41,465 nucleotides of DNA from Dehalococcoidales bacterium (GTDB taxonomy: Bacteria; Chloroflexota; Dehalococcoidia; Dehalococcoidales; UBA2162): positions 1 to 41,465 of the forward strand of contig JAUSGV010000008.1 in the NCBI GenBank assembly GCA_030648675.1. The letters run 5' to 3'. The notes beneath the pieces are model-generated. The model had not been told where the DNA came from. It saw only the letters and a program-made list of their open reading frames with translations, and did not search any database. Shown in pieces: positions 1-8,258 of this stretch. How positions within the stretch are numbered: position 1 is the stretch's first letter; each line of letters starts with the position of its first letter. The translations under genes were made by a program, and so were the position numbers.

Positions 1-532
1 AGCCCAGGCTTAGACGAAGCATAAACCGATCCAATTGCGTTTCAGGGAGAGGAAAAGTACCTTCGTACTCAATAGGGTTCTGCGTAGCCAGAATATGAAA
101 AGGGGACGGCAGATCATACGTCGTCCCTTCAACACTCACCCGCCCTTCCTCCATACATTCCAGAAGCGCCGACTGCACCTTAGGAGTAGCGCGGTTGATT
201 TCGTCAGCCAGAACAATGTTTGCCATGATAGGTCCGGCACGAAATTCGAAGTCAGATGTCTTTTGGTTGAATACGGAAACGCCCGTAATGTCTCCGGGCA
301 GCATGTCGGGGGTGAACTGGATCCGCTTAAACGAACAATCTATGGATTTTGCCAGGCTGCGGGCAAGTATGGTCTTACCTACACCAGGCGCATCTTCGAT
401 CAGTAAATGCCCTTTACTGATAAGACCGATTACAGCAAATTCGACAGCTTTTCTTTTACCGACAATGACCTTTTCGATATTGTCAACGATTCGCTGGGCT
501 GTCTTCCGGGCTTCGATTACCGCCTCATCCAT
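1..532 (-). CDS. MoxR-family AAA+ ATPase (N-terminal part; gene continues past the left window edge)
   Basis: Absent from the ORF track because it is open at the edge. My minus-strand translation from the ATG at 532-530 reads [62 protein letters not shown]...[15 protein letters not shown]...[23 protein letters not shown]...[24 protein letters not shown]. This shows Walker A (GVGKT), Walker B (LADEINR) and the MoxR-type RIQFTPD.LP.DITG signature. The plus-strand track ORFs 35..406 and 195..599 are antisense shadows. Confidence 0.85.
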   Translation of the reverse strand, partial: MDEAVIEARKTAQRIVDNIEKVIVGKRKAVEFAVIGLISKGHLLIEDAPGVGKTILARSLAKSIDCSFKRIQFTPDMLPGDITGVSVFNQKTSDFEFRAGPIMANIVLADEINRATPKVQSALLECMEEGRVSVEGTTYDLPSPFHILATQNPIEYEGTFPLPETQLDRFMLRLSLG

Positions 533-631
533 GTCCGTAACCCCCCCCCGCGCCAGAATGTGGTATTTTGTAGGTAGGAATTTACTTATTTTAACATAAC
601 GCTTCACAAAAACCAACCCGTTCAGGAAAGG

Positions 632-660
632 CTACACCCGCGTTTCTACACCCGCGTTTC
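632..660 (+). repeat. Tandem 14-nt direct repeat (ctacacccgcgttt x2) abutting the -35 box of the trp promoter
   Basis: Bases 632-645 and 646-659 are identical. Base 660 starts a third copy, immediately before TTGACA at 661. Confidence 0.8.
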
Positions 661-690
661 TTGACAATGAAACAGAGCCGCTACTATACT
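661..690 (+). promoter_or_regulatory. Sigma-70-like promoter of the trp leader (TTGACA, 18-nt spacer, TATACT)
   Basis: TTGACA lies at 661-666 and TATACT at 685-690, directly upstream of the T-box leader. This is a consensus match only; no TSS data. Confidence 0.5.
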
Positions 691-696
691 GTTATG

Positions 697-999
697 TAAA
701 AAGCTGTGAACGAGAATAGTAACTCCTGAACGGAGCTTCAGAGAGCCGCGAACGGTGTGAAACGGCGTTGCCGCTGGAAGTGAATGGCCTCGGGAGCTGC
801 AAACCGAAAGTTTGTCCCGTACTTGATACGGGATCACACGAGTAGGCTTTGACGGAAGGGCACCGTGATTAAGCCCAGGATATCGTCCCGAAATAATCGG
901 GGCAGTATCTAAGAGAGATGTCCCGATTTCGGTTGGGACAAGTAGGGTGGTACCGCGAAGGAAAACCTCTCGCCCCTACGGGCGAGAGGTTTTGTTTTT
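697..999 (+). promoter_or_regulatory. T-box leader (tRNA-Trp sensing transcription attenuator) of the trp operon
   Basis: The canonical T-box sequence GGGTGGTACCGCG sits at 945-957, just 5' of an intrinsic terminator. Stem-I-like motifs are present: AGAGAG at 740-745 and GGTGTGAAA around 754-762. A UGG codon followed by A at 775-778 is in a plausible specifier-loop position. The ~300-nt length and the position before trpE fit the class. Confidence 0.8.
962..999 (+). terminator. Intrinsic terminator of the T-box leader
   Basis: The stem cctctcgccc (966-975) pairs with gggcgagagg (980-989) across a 4-nt loop (ctac). It is followed by ttttgttttt (990-999). The 5' stem half can alternatively pair with the T-box 3' side (antiterminator logic). 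Confidence 0.75.
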
Positions 1000-1011
1000 C
1001 TGGAGGTTCGC

Positions 1012-2451
1012 ATGTACTATCCATCATTGGAAGAGGTTAAAAAGCTAAAAACCAAGGGCAACCTGGTGCCTGTCTATCGTGAAATCGTGGCCGATATGGA
1101 AACCCCGGTATCGGCTTTCCTCAAGATCAACCGCGGCGGCTATTCTTTCCTTCTGGAAAGCGTAGAAGGCGGAGAAAGATTGGCCCGCTACAGCTTCATC
1201 GGTACTGACCCGTACCACGTTGTCACAACTCGCAGCGGAGATAAGACCGACCCGCTCACCCTGGTTTCCCGGGAAATGGAAAAACACCGCGTAGTGGAAG
1301 TAAGCGGCCTACCCAAATTCTGCGGCGGTGCCGTCGGCTACCTGTCTTACGAAGCTATTACCAAATTCGAAGAACTACCGTCGCCCGAACCCGACCCCAT
1401 CGGAATACCTGAGTCGCTATTCATGTTCGTCGACACCGTACTGGTCTTCGACCATGCCCTCCACAAAATTAAAGTGCTGAGTCACGTCCGCCTGGACGGA
1501 GACGTCGAAACGGAGTACGAAAAAGCGGTCGCCAGGATCGATCACCTCGTAGAGAGACTGAACCAGCCTCTCGCCCCAAACCACCAGACGGCGGCCACTT
1601 CCTCTGCATCGGGCAGTTCAGAGATGGCATCAAACTTCTCAAAAGAGGCCTTTATGACCGGCGTCGTCAGGATCAAGGAATACATTACCGCCGGGGAGGC
1701 TATCCAGGTGGTCTTATCACAGCGCCTTTCCCGACCGACAAAGGCATCGCCTTTCGCCATTTACCGGGCGTTACGGACAATCAACCCTTCACCATATATG
1801 TTTTTCCTCGACTTTAAGGATTTCCAGCTCATCGGAGCTTCTCCGGAAATCCTGGTACGAGTTGAAAACGGCGTGGTGACGACGCGCCCTCTCGCCGGAA
1901 CCAGGCCGCGGGGAGCTACCCCTGAAGAAGATGCACGTTTGGAAGAGGAACTCCGCCGCGACGAAAAGGAGCGAGCGGAACACATCATGCTTGTTGACCT
2001 CGGCAGGAACGATATCGGACGCGTCAGCGATCCCGGATCGGTTCAGGTTACCGAGCTGATGGAGATTGAACGCTATTCGCACGTGATGCACCTGGTAACC
2101 AACGTCCACGGCGCATTACGGCAAGATACTAACGCCTTCGATGCCCTGCGGGCATCCTTCCCGGCAGGCACAGTCTCCGGAGCACCCAAGATCCGGGCAA
2201 TGGAAATAATCGCCGAACTCGAGCCGGAAAAACGCGGCCCGTATGCCGGCTCCGCCGGCTATTTTTCTTTTTCCGGTAATATGGACATGGCTATCGCCAT
2301 CAGGACGATGCTCTTAAAGAAAGGTGTCGCCTATATACAGGCAGGAGCCGGCATCGTCTACGACAGTGTTCCGGAACGGGAATACACGGAAAGTATGAAC
2401 AAGTCGCGGGCACTGCTGAAAGCCCTGGACCAGGCAGAAGGCATCGGGTAG
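1012..2451 (+). CDS. trpE: Anthranilate synthase component I
   Basis: 479 aa with a GGAGG SD at 1002-1006. Chorismate-binding family motifs include LLESVEGGERLARYSFIG, GAGIVYDSVPEREYTE and SGAPKIRAMEII. It is the first gene after the Trp T-box. Confidence 0.95.
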   Translation: MYYPSLEEVKKLKTKGNLVPVYREIVADMETPVSAFLKINRGGYSFLLESVEGGERLARYSFIGTDPYHVVTTRSGDKTDPLTLVSREMEKHRVVEVSGLPKFCGGAVGYLSYEAITKFEELPSPEPDPIGIPESLFMFVDTVLVFDHALHKIKVLSHVRLDGDVETEYEKAVARIDHLVERLNQPLAPNHQTAATSSASGSSEMASNFSKEAFMTGVVRIKEYITAGEAIQVVLSQRLSRPTKASPFAIYRALRTINPSPYMFFLDFKDFQLIGASPEILVRVENGVVTTRPLAGTRPRGATPEEDARLEEELRRDEKERAEHIMLVDLGRNDIGRVSDPGSVQVTELMEIERYSHVMHLVTNVHGALRQDTNAFDALRASFPAGTVSGAPKIRAMEIIAELEPEKRGPYAGSAGYFSFSGNMDMAIAIRTMLLKKGVAYIQAGAGIVYDSVPEREYTESMNKSRALLKALDQAEGIG

Positions 2452-2463
2452 GAGGGCTATAAC

Positions 2464-3042
2464 ATGCTGTTATTAATTGATAATTACGATAGTTTTACCT
2501 ATAATTTATTTCAATATCTTAGCGAGCTTGGGCAAGAGGTAACGGTGGTACGCAACGACAAGACCACTGTAGCTGATATCGAACGCATGAAACCGGAGCG
2601 TATCGTGATTTCACCCGGACCTTCTAACCCTCAGAATGCCGGCATTTCCAACGAAGTTATCCGCCATTTCGGTCCGAAATTACCCGTGTTTGGCGTTTGT
2701 CTCGGTCACCAGTGTATCGGATATGCGTACGGCGGCATCGTGAGTGGAGCCAAGCAGATAATGCACGGCAAGTCCTCACCCATTCACCACTACGGAAAGG
2801 GCGTATTTACCGGTTTACCCGACCCTTTTTCCGCCATTCGCTATCATTCATTGGTGGTAAAGCGTGAGAACCTACCCGATTGCCTGGAAATAACCGCCTG
2901 GACGGAAGACGGCGAAATCATGGGATTGCGCCACAAGTCTCACCCGGTCGAAGGAATCCAGTTTCATCCGGAATCATTCATGACCGAGTACGGCAAGGAC
3001 ATCCTGAGCAACTTTCTGAAAGGTAACAAAACACGTCTATAA
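2464..3042 (+). CDS. trpG: Anthranilate synthase component II (class-I glutamine amidotransferase)
   Basis: 192 aa with LLIDNYDSFTYNL, the GVCLGHQ nucleophile elbow and FHPES. Operon context favours trpG over pabA. Confidence 0.9.
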   Translation: MLLLIDNYDSFTYNLFQYLSELGQEVTVVRNDKTTVADIERMKPERIVISPGPSNPQNAGISNEVIRHFGPKLPVFGVCLGHQCIGYAYGGIVSGAKQIMHGKSSPIHHYGKGVFTGLPDPFSAIRYHSLVVKRENLPDCLEITAWTEDGEIMGLRHKSHPVEGIQFHPESFMTEYGKDILSNFLKGNKTRL

Positions 3043-3096
3043 TAAGTTTAGTTCTTAACGCACCTGATGCGGAATATGAGTTTATGAGGTAGCAGA

Positions 3097-4119
3097 ATGA
3101 TAAAACAGACTATATCCAGCCTGGTTGCCGGCAAATCGCTGACCATGGGAGAAGCTGCGGAAGTTATGGAGGAGATAATGAGTGGACAGGCCACTCCATC
3201 GCAGCTCGCTGCATTTCTTATTGCTCTAAGGATCAAAGGTGAAACCGTCGACGAAATATCCGGTATGGCCCGCGTTATGCGTGCCAGGGCGACGAAGGTA
3301 GACGTCGCCTTTCCCGTTACCGACGTTGTCGGCACCGGCGGTGACGGCGCCAATACTTTCAATATCTCTACTGCGGCCGCCTTTGTCGCGGCCGGAGCCG
3401 GGCTTAAAGTCGCCAAGCACGGCAACCGCGCTGCCAGCAGCCGTTCCGGTAGCGCGGATGTCCTTGAAGCTTTGGGACTTCGCCTCGACCTGACGGCGGA
3501 AGGCGTACAAAAATGTTTGGAAAAAGTTGGCATTTGTTTCATGTTTGCCGCCGCTTTTCATCCGGCGATGAAATATGCCGGACCGACTCGCCGTGAAATC
3601 GGCATCAGGACGGTCTTCAATATTCTCGGACCGCTGACTAATCCCGCCGGAGCCAGGTCACAGGTGCTCGGCGTCGCAGACGCTGCTATGATTGAGAAAA
3701 TGGTCGCGGTACTAAAAAACCTTGGGTGCCATCACGCCATGGTAGTGCACGGTGACGATGGGCTTGACGAAATCACGGTAACAGGGAGCTCGCAGGTATA
3801 CGAACTCCTGGACGGGCGGGTAGTCAAACACACTATTTCGCCACAGGATTACGGCTTTTCACGGGCCGGTTACGGCAGCTTGAAAGGCGGCACTCCCGCC
3901 GAAAATGCTAAAATATTGCAGGACGTTCTTAACGGTGCCCCGGGTGCCCAGCGCGATGTCGTATTAATAAACGCCGCCGCGGCCCTGGTATCCGGAGACA
4001 CGGCATCATCTATCAAGGAAGGTATTGAACAAGCAAAGCGTTCCATTGATACCGGCGAGGCAGCATCCAAACTGAAACAACTCGTTGCTTGCAGCCAGGA
4101 ATTCGCCCCGAAAACATAA
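3097..4119 (+). CDS. trpD: Anthranilate phosphoribosyltransferase
   Basis: 340 aa with the TrpD motifs DVVGTGGDGANTFNISTAAAFVAA and KHGNRAASS.SGSADVLEALG. Confidence 0.95.
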   Translation: MIKQTISSLVAGKSLTMGEAAEVMEEIMSGQATPSQLAAFLIALRIKGETVDEISGMARVMRARATKVDVAFPVTDVVGTGGDGANTFNISTAAAFVAAGAGLKVAKHGNRAASSRSGSADVLEALGLRLDLTAEGVQKCLEKVGICFMFAAAFHPAMKYAGPTRREIGIRTVFNILGPLTNPAGARSQVLGVADAAMIEKMVAVLKNLGCHHAMVVHGDDGLDEITVTGSSQVYELLDGRVVKHTISPQDYGFSRAGYGSLKGGTPAENAKILQDVLNGAPGAQRDVVLINAAAALVSGDTASSIKEGIEQAKRSIDTGEAASKLKQLVACSQEFAPKT

Positions 4120-4126
4120 AGCACGA

Positions 4127-4903
4127 ATGACTCTCGACGACATCGTTGCCGCTAAAAGAAAAGAGCTGGCCGGAGCCAAACGCCGCGTACCGTTACGCGA
4201 CTTGCAGAAAATGGCGTTGTCCCAACCCCATGCGCTGGATTTTGCCGCGTCGCTGATAGGCCACCGCGCTCGGCTCATCGCCGAAGTAAAAAAAGCCTCT
4301 CCTTCAGCAGGAATTATCCGGGCAGACTTTAACCCTGCCGAAATAGCTTTGATTTATGCCGATAATGGAGCTGCGGCTATTTCCGTTTTGACCGAAACCA
4401 CTTTTTTCCAGGGCAGTCTTGAATATCTGAAAGATATACGAAAGTCCGTTGGCAGCCGGTTGCCGTTATTAAGAAAAGACTTTATTTTCGACCGGTACCA
4501 GGTTTATGAAGCCCGGGCTTATGGTGCCGATTCCATTCTCCTGATCACCGCGATACTGACGCCGGACAAGCTAACGACCCTCATCAACTTGAGCCGCAAA
4601 TTGGGCATGGAACCCCTGATTGAGGTGCACAATGAACTCGAAATTACGGTCGCTTTGAAAGCCGGAGGCAAAATCATCGGTATAAACAATCGTGATTTGA
4701 CGACTTTCAAGACCGATCTGGTGACAACCATGCGTTTGCGGCCGCTTATCCCCAACGATAAAATCGTTGTGAGTGAAAGCGGCATAAAAGACCGCAATGA
4801 CGTTGCATCATTAAGGAATCAGGGTGTCAACGCCGTCCTCATCGGCGAAACGCTCATGTCTTCGTCCAATATTCCCGCGACAATGAGGGACCTTTTACAT
4901 TAG
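4127..4903 (+). CDS. trpC: Indole-3-glycerol-phosphate synthase
   Basis: The track ORF begins at a TTG (4085) inside trpD. I prefer the ATG at 4127 (MTLDDIVAAKRKEL...), 7 nt after the trpD stop. Motifs: IAEVKKASPS.G, ISVLTE..FF.GS, GINNRDL.TF. Confidence 0.9.
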   Translation: MTLDDIVAAKRKELAGAKRRVPLRDLQKMALSQPHALDFAASLIGHRARLIAEVKKASPSAGIIRADFNPAEIALIYADNGAAAISVLTETTFFQGSLEYLKDIRKSVGSRLPLLRKDFIFDRYQVYEARAYGADSILLITAILTPDKLTTLINLSRKLGMEPLIEVHNELEITVALKAGGKIIGINNRDLTTFKTDLVTTMRLRPLIPNDKIVVSESGIKDRNDVASLRNQGVNAVLIGETLMSSSNIPATMRDLLH

Positions 4904-4915
4904 GCCGCTATAGTT

Positions 4916-5593
4916 ATGACGAAGATTAAAATTTGCGGAATAACTAACGGGGAACACGGTCTGGCGGCCGCCGGAGCAGGGGCCGATGTTATCGGATTGG
5001 TTCTCGCACCCAGCCGCCGCCAGATTTCACTTGATGAAGCCGTGCCGCTGGCCTCGGTCATCCACAGTTTTAATCTACACCCGGAAATTGTCGGCGTTTT
5101 TGTAAACTTTGAGCTAAATGCCGTAAATCGTATCGCCGAAGACCTGCAATTGGATTGGGTGCAGTTAAGCGGCGGTGAATCCTGGCAGTACTGCCGGGAA
5201 ATAAAGCGGCCGGTGATCAAGGTGATCCATATTGCCGGGCAGCAAAGTGCTGATATAATAACGAGTATAGAGGCAGGCCGTCAGGCGATGGCAGACCGGA
5301 AGTTCATGTGCCTTCTCGATACATCGAAAAAGCACTTCTACGGTGGTACCGGGGAAACCTTCGATTGGGCGGTCGCGAAAAAGGTCGCCGCCCGGTTTCA
5401 AGTGATCATCGCCGGCGGGCTTACCCCGGAAAACGTAGGCCGATTAATAGAACAAGTACGTCCGTGGGGTGTCGACGTTTCTTCCGGTGTCGAGACTAAC
5501 GGACAAAAAGACACGGCAAAGATAAACGCCTTCATTCAGGCGGTACGGAAAGCAGATGACGCTTTGGGAAAAGGCAAAAAGTCCGAAGGATAG
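4916..5593 (+). CDS. trpF: Phosphoribosylanthranilate isomerase
   Basis: 225 aa starting MTKIKICGIT, with GGTGETFDW and GGL.PENV. It follows trpC after a 12-nt gap. Confidence 0.9.
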   Translation: MTKIKICGITNGEHGLAAAGAGADVIGLVLAPSRRQISLDEAVPLASVIHSFNLHPEIVGVFVNFELNAVNRIAEDLQLDWVQLSGGESWQYCREIKRPVIKVIHIAGQQSADIITSIEAGRQAMADRKFMCLLDTSKKHFYGGTGETFDWAVAKKVAARFQVIIAGGLTPENVGRLIEQVRPWGVDVSSGVETNGQKDTAKINAFIQAVRKADDALGKGKKSEG

Positions 5594-5597
5594 CGAT

Positions 5598-8258
5598 ATG
5601 GAAATTGAAATGCCGAAGGCTTATGAGCCTAAAGAAGTCGAAAAGAAGTGGTACGCATATTGGCTGCAAAAAGGCTATTTTACGCCTAAGATAGACCCGC
5701 AAAAGAAACCCTTCGTTATCATCATGCCGCCGCCGAACATCACCGGTGAACTTCACCTGGGCCATGCCCTCACCGCCGCCCTGGAAGATATCATGATCCG
5801 CTGGCACCGCATGAAAGGCGATCCCACCTTGTGGCTGCCGGGAGCCGACCATGCCGGAATCGCCACGCAGGTGGTTGTCGAAAGACTTTTACAGAAAGAG
5901 GGCACCGACCGGCATAAGCTGGGACGAGTTGAATTCCAGAAACGGGCGTGGGAATGGGCTAACAAGACCCACCGCAGGATCATCGAACAGCACCAGAGAT
6001 TGGGAGCATCCTGCGATTGGACCCGCGAAACATTTACCTTGGACGAGAAGCCCAGCCGGGCGGTTCGAACCGTATTCGTCCGGCTCTACGATAAAGGATT
6101 AATATACCGCGGGGAACGCATCATAAACTGGTGTCCGCGCTGTGCCACGGCACTTTCCGACCTCGAAGTAGACCATCAGGACGTTCCCGGAAGTCTGTGG
6201 TACATCCGCTATCCATTCGCTGAAGGGGATGGTTATGTCACCGTAGCCACCACCCGCCCGGAAACGATGCTGGGTGATACCGCCGTAGCCGTAAATCCTA
6301 ACGACGAACGCTTCAAGGGAATGGTAGGCAGGAAGGTCGTTTTGCCGCTGATGAAAAGGCCAATCCCGATCGTTGGCGACGACATAGTATCTCTCGAATT
6401 CGGCACTGGTGCCGTCAAAGTTACTCCGGGACACGATCCGGTCGACTTCGAAATAGCCCAGCGGCATAAGCTGCCCATCATCAACATACTGAACTCCAAT
6501 GCGTCGATGAACGAGAACGCCGGACCTTATGCCGGTCTCGACCGCTTCGCGGCCCGCGACGCCGTCGTCAAAGACCTGGAAATGGAAGGCGCGCTGGTTA
6601 AGATCGAACCCTATAGTCATTCCATCGGGCACTGTCAGCGCTGCCGGACGATCGTCGAACCGATTGCCAGCCGCCAGTGGTTCGTCAAAATGGAGCCCCT
6701 CGCCGCACCGGCGATCAAAGCGGTCAACGACGGGCAGATCAAGATAATCCCTTCCCGTTTTACCAAAATTTACCTCAACTGGATGGAAAATATACGCGAC
6801 TGGTGCATAAGCCGCCAGTTGTGGTGGGGACACCGCATTCCGGTCTGGTACTGCCGCGATTGCGAAGAACTTACCGTCAGCATTGAAGACCCGAAAGTTT
6901 GCCGCCACTGCGGCTCCAGCAAGATCGAACAGGACCCCGACGTGCTCGACACCTGGTTCAGTTCGGCTCTATGGCCGCATTCAACCCTCGGTTGGCCGGA
7001 CAAGACGGAAGACTTCCGTTACTATTACCCGACCGCCGTAATGGAAACTGCCTACGACATCCTTTTTTTCTGGGTCGCCCGCATGATCATGATGGGGCTG
7101 GAAGACACCGGGAACGTCCCTTTCAGCACTGTTTATCTGCACGGCTTAATAAGAGACGAAAAGGGCGAGAAGATGAGCAAAACACGGGGTAATGTGCTCA
7201 ATCCCCTCGACCTCATGGACAAATTCGGCACAGATGCGATGCGCTTTGCTTTGCTTACCGGTACTTCGGCAGGCAACGACAGCAAGGTCAGCACAGACAA
7301 GATGGAGGCCGGGCGCAATTTCGCCAATAAATTGTGGAACGCTACCCGCTTTGTTATCAGTTCCATGGAGTCAGCGCCACCGTTCGGTGAAATGCAATGG
7401 GATAAATTGGCATTGGAAGACCGCTGGATCCTCAGCCGGCTGAGCCGCACTGTATCCGGCGTTTCCTCGGCTCTCGAAGACTTTCAATTCGAAGAAGCCC
7501 AACGGCTCATCTACGATTTTCTCTGGGGTGAATTCTGCGACTGGTATATCGAACTTGCCAAGATCCGCTTGCGTTCCGAAAAAGAAAAAAAACTTATGCC
7601 CCTTACCATTCTCTCTTATGTGCTGGAAACTTCGCTGCGCCTGCTTCATCCGTTCATGCCCTTTGTTACGGAAGAGCTTTGGCAGAACCTCAAAAGAGCT
7701 ATTTCAGAGAATTGGGAATCCGGCGACTCCATTATGGTCGCCCCCTATCCTGAGGCAGACAAGGAGGCGGTGGATTCTGAAGCCGAGCACGTGATGGCGG
7801 CAATAATCGAGATTGTCCGCTCCATCCGTAACGCCCGGGCGGAGTACAAGGTTCCGCAATCACAATGGGTAGACGCCCGAGTTTACGCCAATAAACTTAC
7901 CGAAGCGATAACTCCCTATAAAGCCGCTATCGAAACGCTAGCACGTGCCAAACCCGTCACTATCCAAAGAACCAGAGGCGAGACTGAGATTAAAAACGCT
8001 CTGGTAATGGTGCTGTCGGAGGGTGAAGTCGTCATTCCGATGGAAAGCATGGTCGATGTCGAGGCGGAAAAACAGCGCATCGCCAAAGAAATACAACAGA
8101 ACCGAGCGGAAATCGGCCGTCTGGAATCCCACCTCTACGACCGGTTATTCCTGACGAAAGCCCCTCCGGCGATCGTGAACAAGCAACGGGAAAGACTGGC
8201 GGTCGTAAAAGACAAACTGGTCAGGTTAGAGCAGGAATTAGCCCGTATTCAGACGTGA
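5598..8258 (+). CDS. valS: Valine--tRNA ligase
   Basis: Class-I aaRS with a HIGH-type motif (PPNITGELHLGHA) and KMSKS (EKMSKTRGN), plus a C-terminal coiled coil. The track start at 5556 overlaps trpF. The ATG at 5598 (MEIEMPKAYEPKEVEKKWY) lies 4 nt after the trpF stop. Confidence 0.95.
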   Translation: MEIEMPKAYEPKEVEKKWYAYWLQKGYFTPKIDPQKKPFVIIMPPPNITGELHLGHALTAALEDIMIRWHRMKGDPTLWLPGADHAGIATQVVVERLLQKEGTDRHKLGRVEFQKRAWEWANKTHRRIIEQHQRLGASCDWTRETFTLDEKPSRAVRTVFVRLYDKGLIYRGERIINWCPRCATALSDLEVDHQDVPGSLWYIRYPFAEGDGYVTVATTRPETMLGDTAVAVNPNDERFKGMVGRKVVLPLMKRPIPIVGDDIVSLEFGTGAVKVTPGHDPVDFEIAQRHKLPIINILNSNASMNENAGPYAGLDRFAARDAVVKDLEMEGALVKIEPYSHSIGHCQRCRTIVEPIASRQWFVKMEPLAAPAIKAVNDGQIKIIPSRFTKIYLNWMENIRDWCISRQLWWGHRIPVWYCRDCEELTVSIEDPKVCRHCGSSKIEQDPDVLDTWFSSALWPHSTLGWPDKTEDFRYYYPTAVMETAYDILFFWVARMIMMGLEDTGNVPFSTVYLHGLIRDEKGEKMSKTRGNVLNPLDLMDKFGTDAMRFALLTGTSAGNDSKVSTDKMEAGRNFANKLWNATRFVISSMESAPPFGEMQWDKLALEDRWILSRLSRTVSGVSSALEDFQFEEAQRLIYDFLWGEFCDWYIELAKIRLRSEKEKKLMPLTILSYVLETSLRLLHPFMPFVTEELWQNLKRAISENWESGDSIMVAPYPEADKEAVDSEAEHVMAAIIEIVRSIRNARAEYKVPQSQWVDARVYANKLTEAITPYKAAIETLARAKPVTIQRTRGETEIKNALVMVLSEGEVVIPMESMVDVEAEKQRIAKEIQQNRAEIGRLESHLYDRLFLTKAPPAIVNKQRERLAVVKDKLVRLEQELARIQT

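Noticed and set aside
35-599. Two plus-strand track ORFs (35..406 and 195..599) at the left edge.
   Set aside because: The minus strand here encodes a clear MoxR AAA+ ATPase. The plus-strand ORFs start at TTG or ATG without an SD and have shadow-frame composition.
4085-4126. Extended N-termini given by the ORF track: trpC from TTG 4085, valS from 5556, glyA from TTG 17709, oxidoreductase from TTG 19088, UDG from TTG 19390, ACP from ATG 35273, and the LbH gene from TTG 37409.
   Set aside because: The track takes the longest ORF with TTG or GTG read as M. The extensions overlap upstream genes or lack an SD. Downstream ATGs give family-typical N-termini, most with good SD spacing (trpC 4127 has none).
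6099-6908. A 269-aa minus-strand ORF inside valS. Other long antisense ORFs were also noticed: 28745..29572 and 29576..30658 (opposite the GH130 gene); 33666..34274 and 34350..34925 (opposite uvrB); 20093..20605 and 20657..21160 (opposite rnj); 22434..23030 (opposite ftsK); 9293..9832 (opposite polX); 13211..13783 (opposite secA); 15210..15809 (opposite prs); 25874..26449 (opposite the MBL gene).
   Set aside because: Each lies antisense to a gene with unmistakable family motifs. Their translations are Arg/Gly/Pro-rich and low in complexity, typical of shadow frames, and none shows a recognisable motif or SD.
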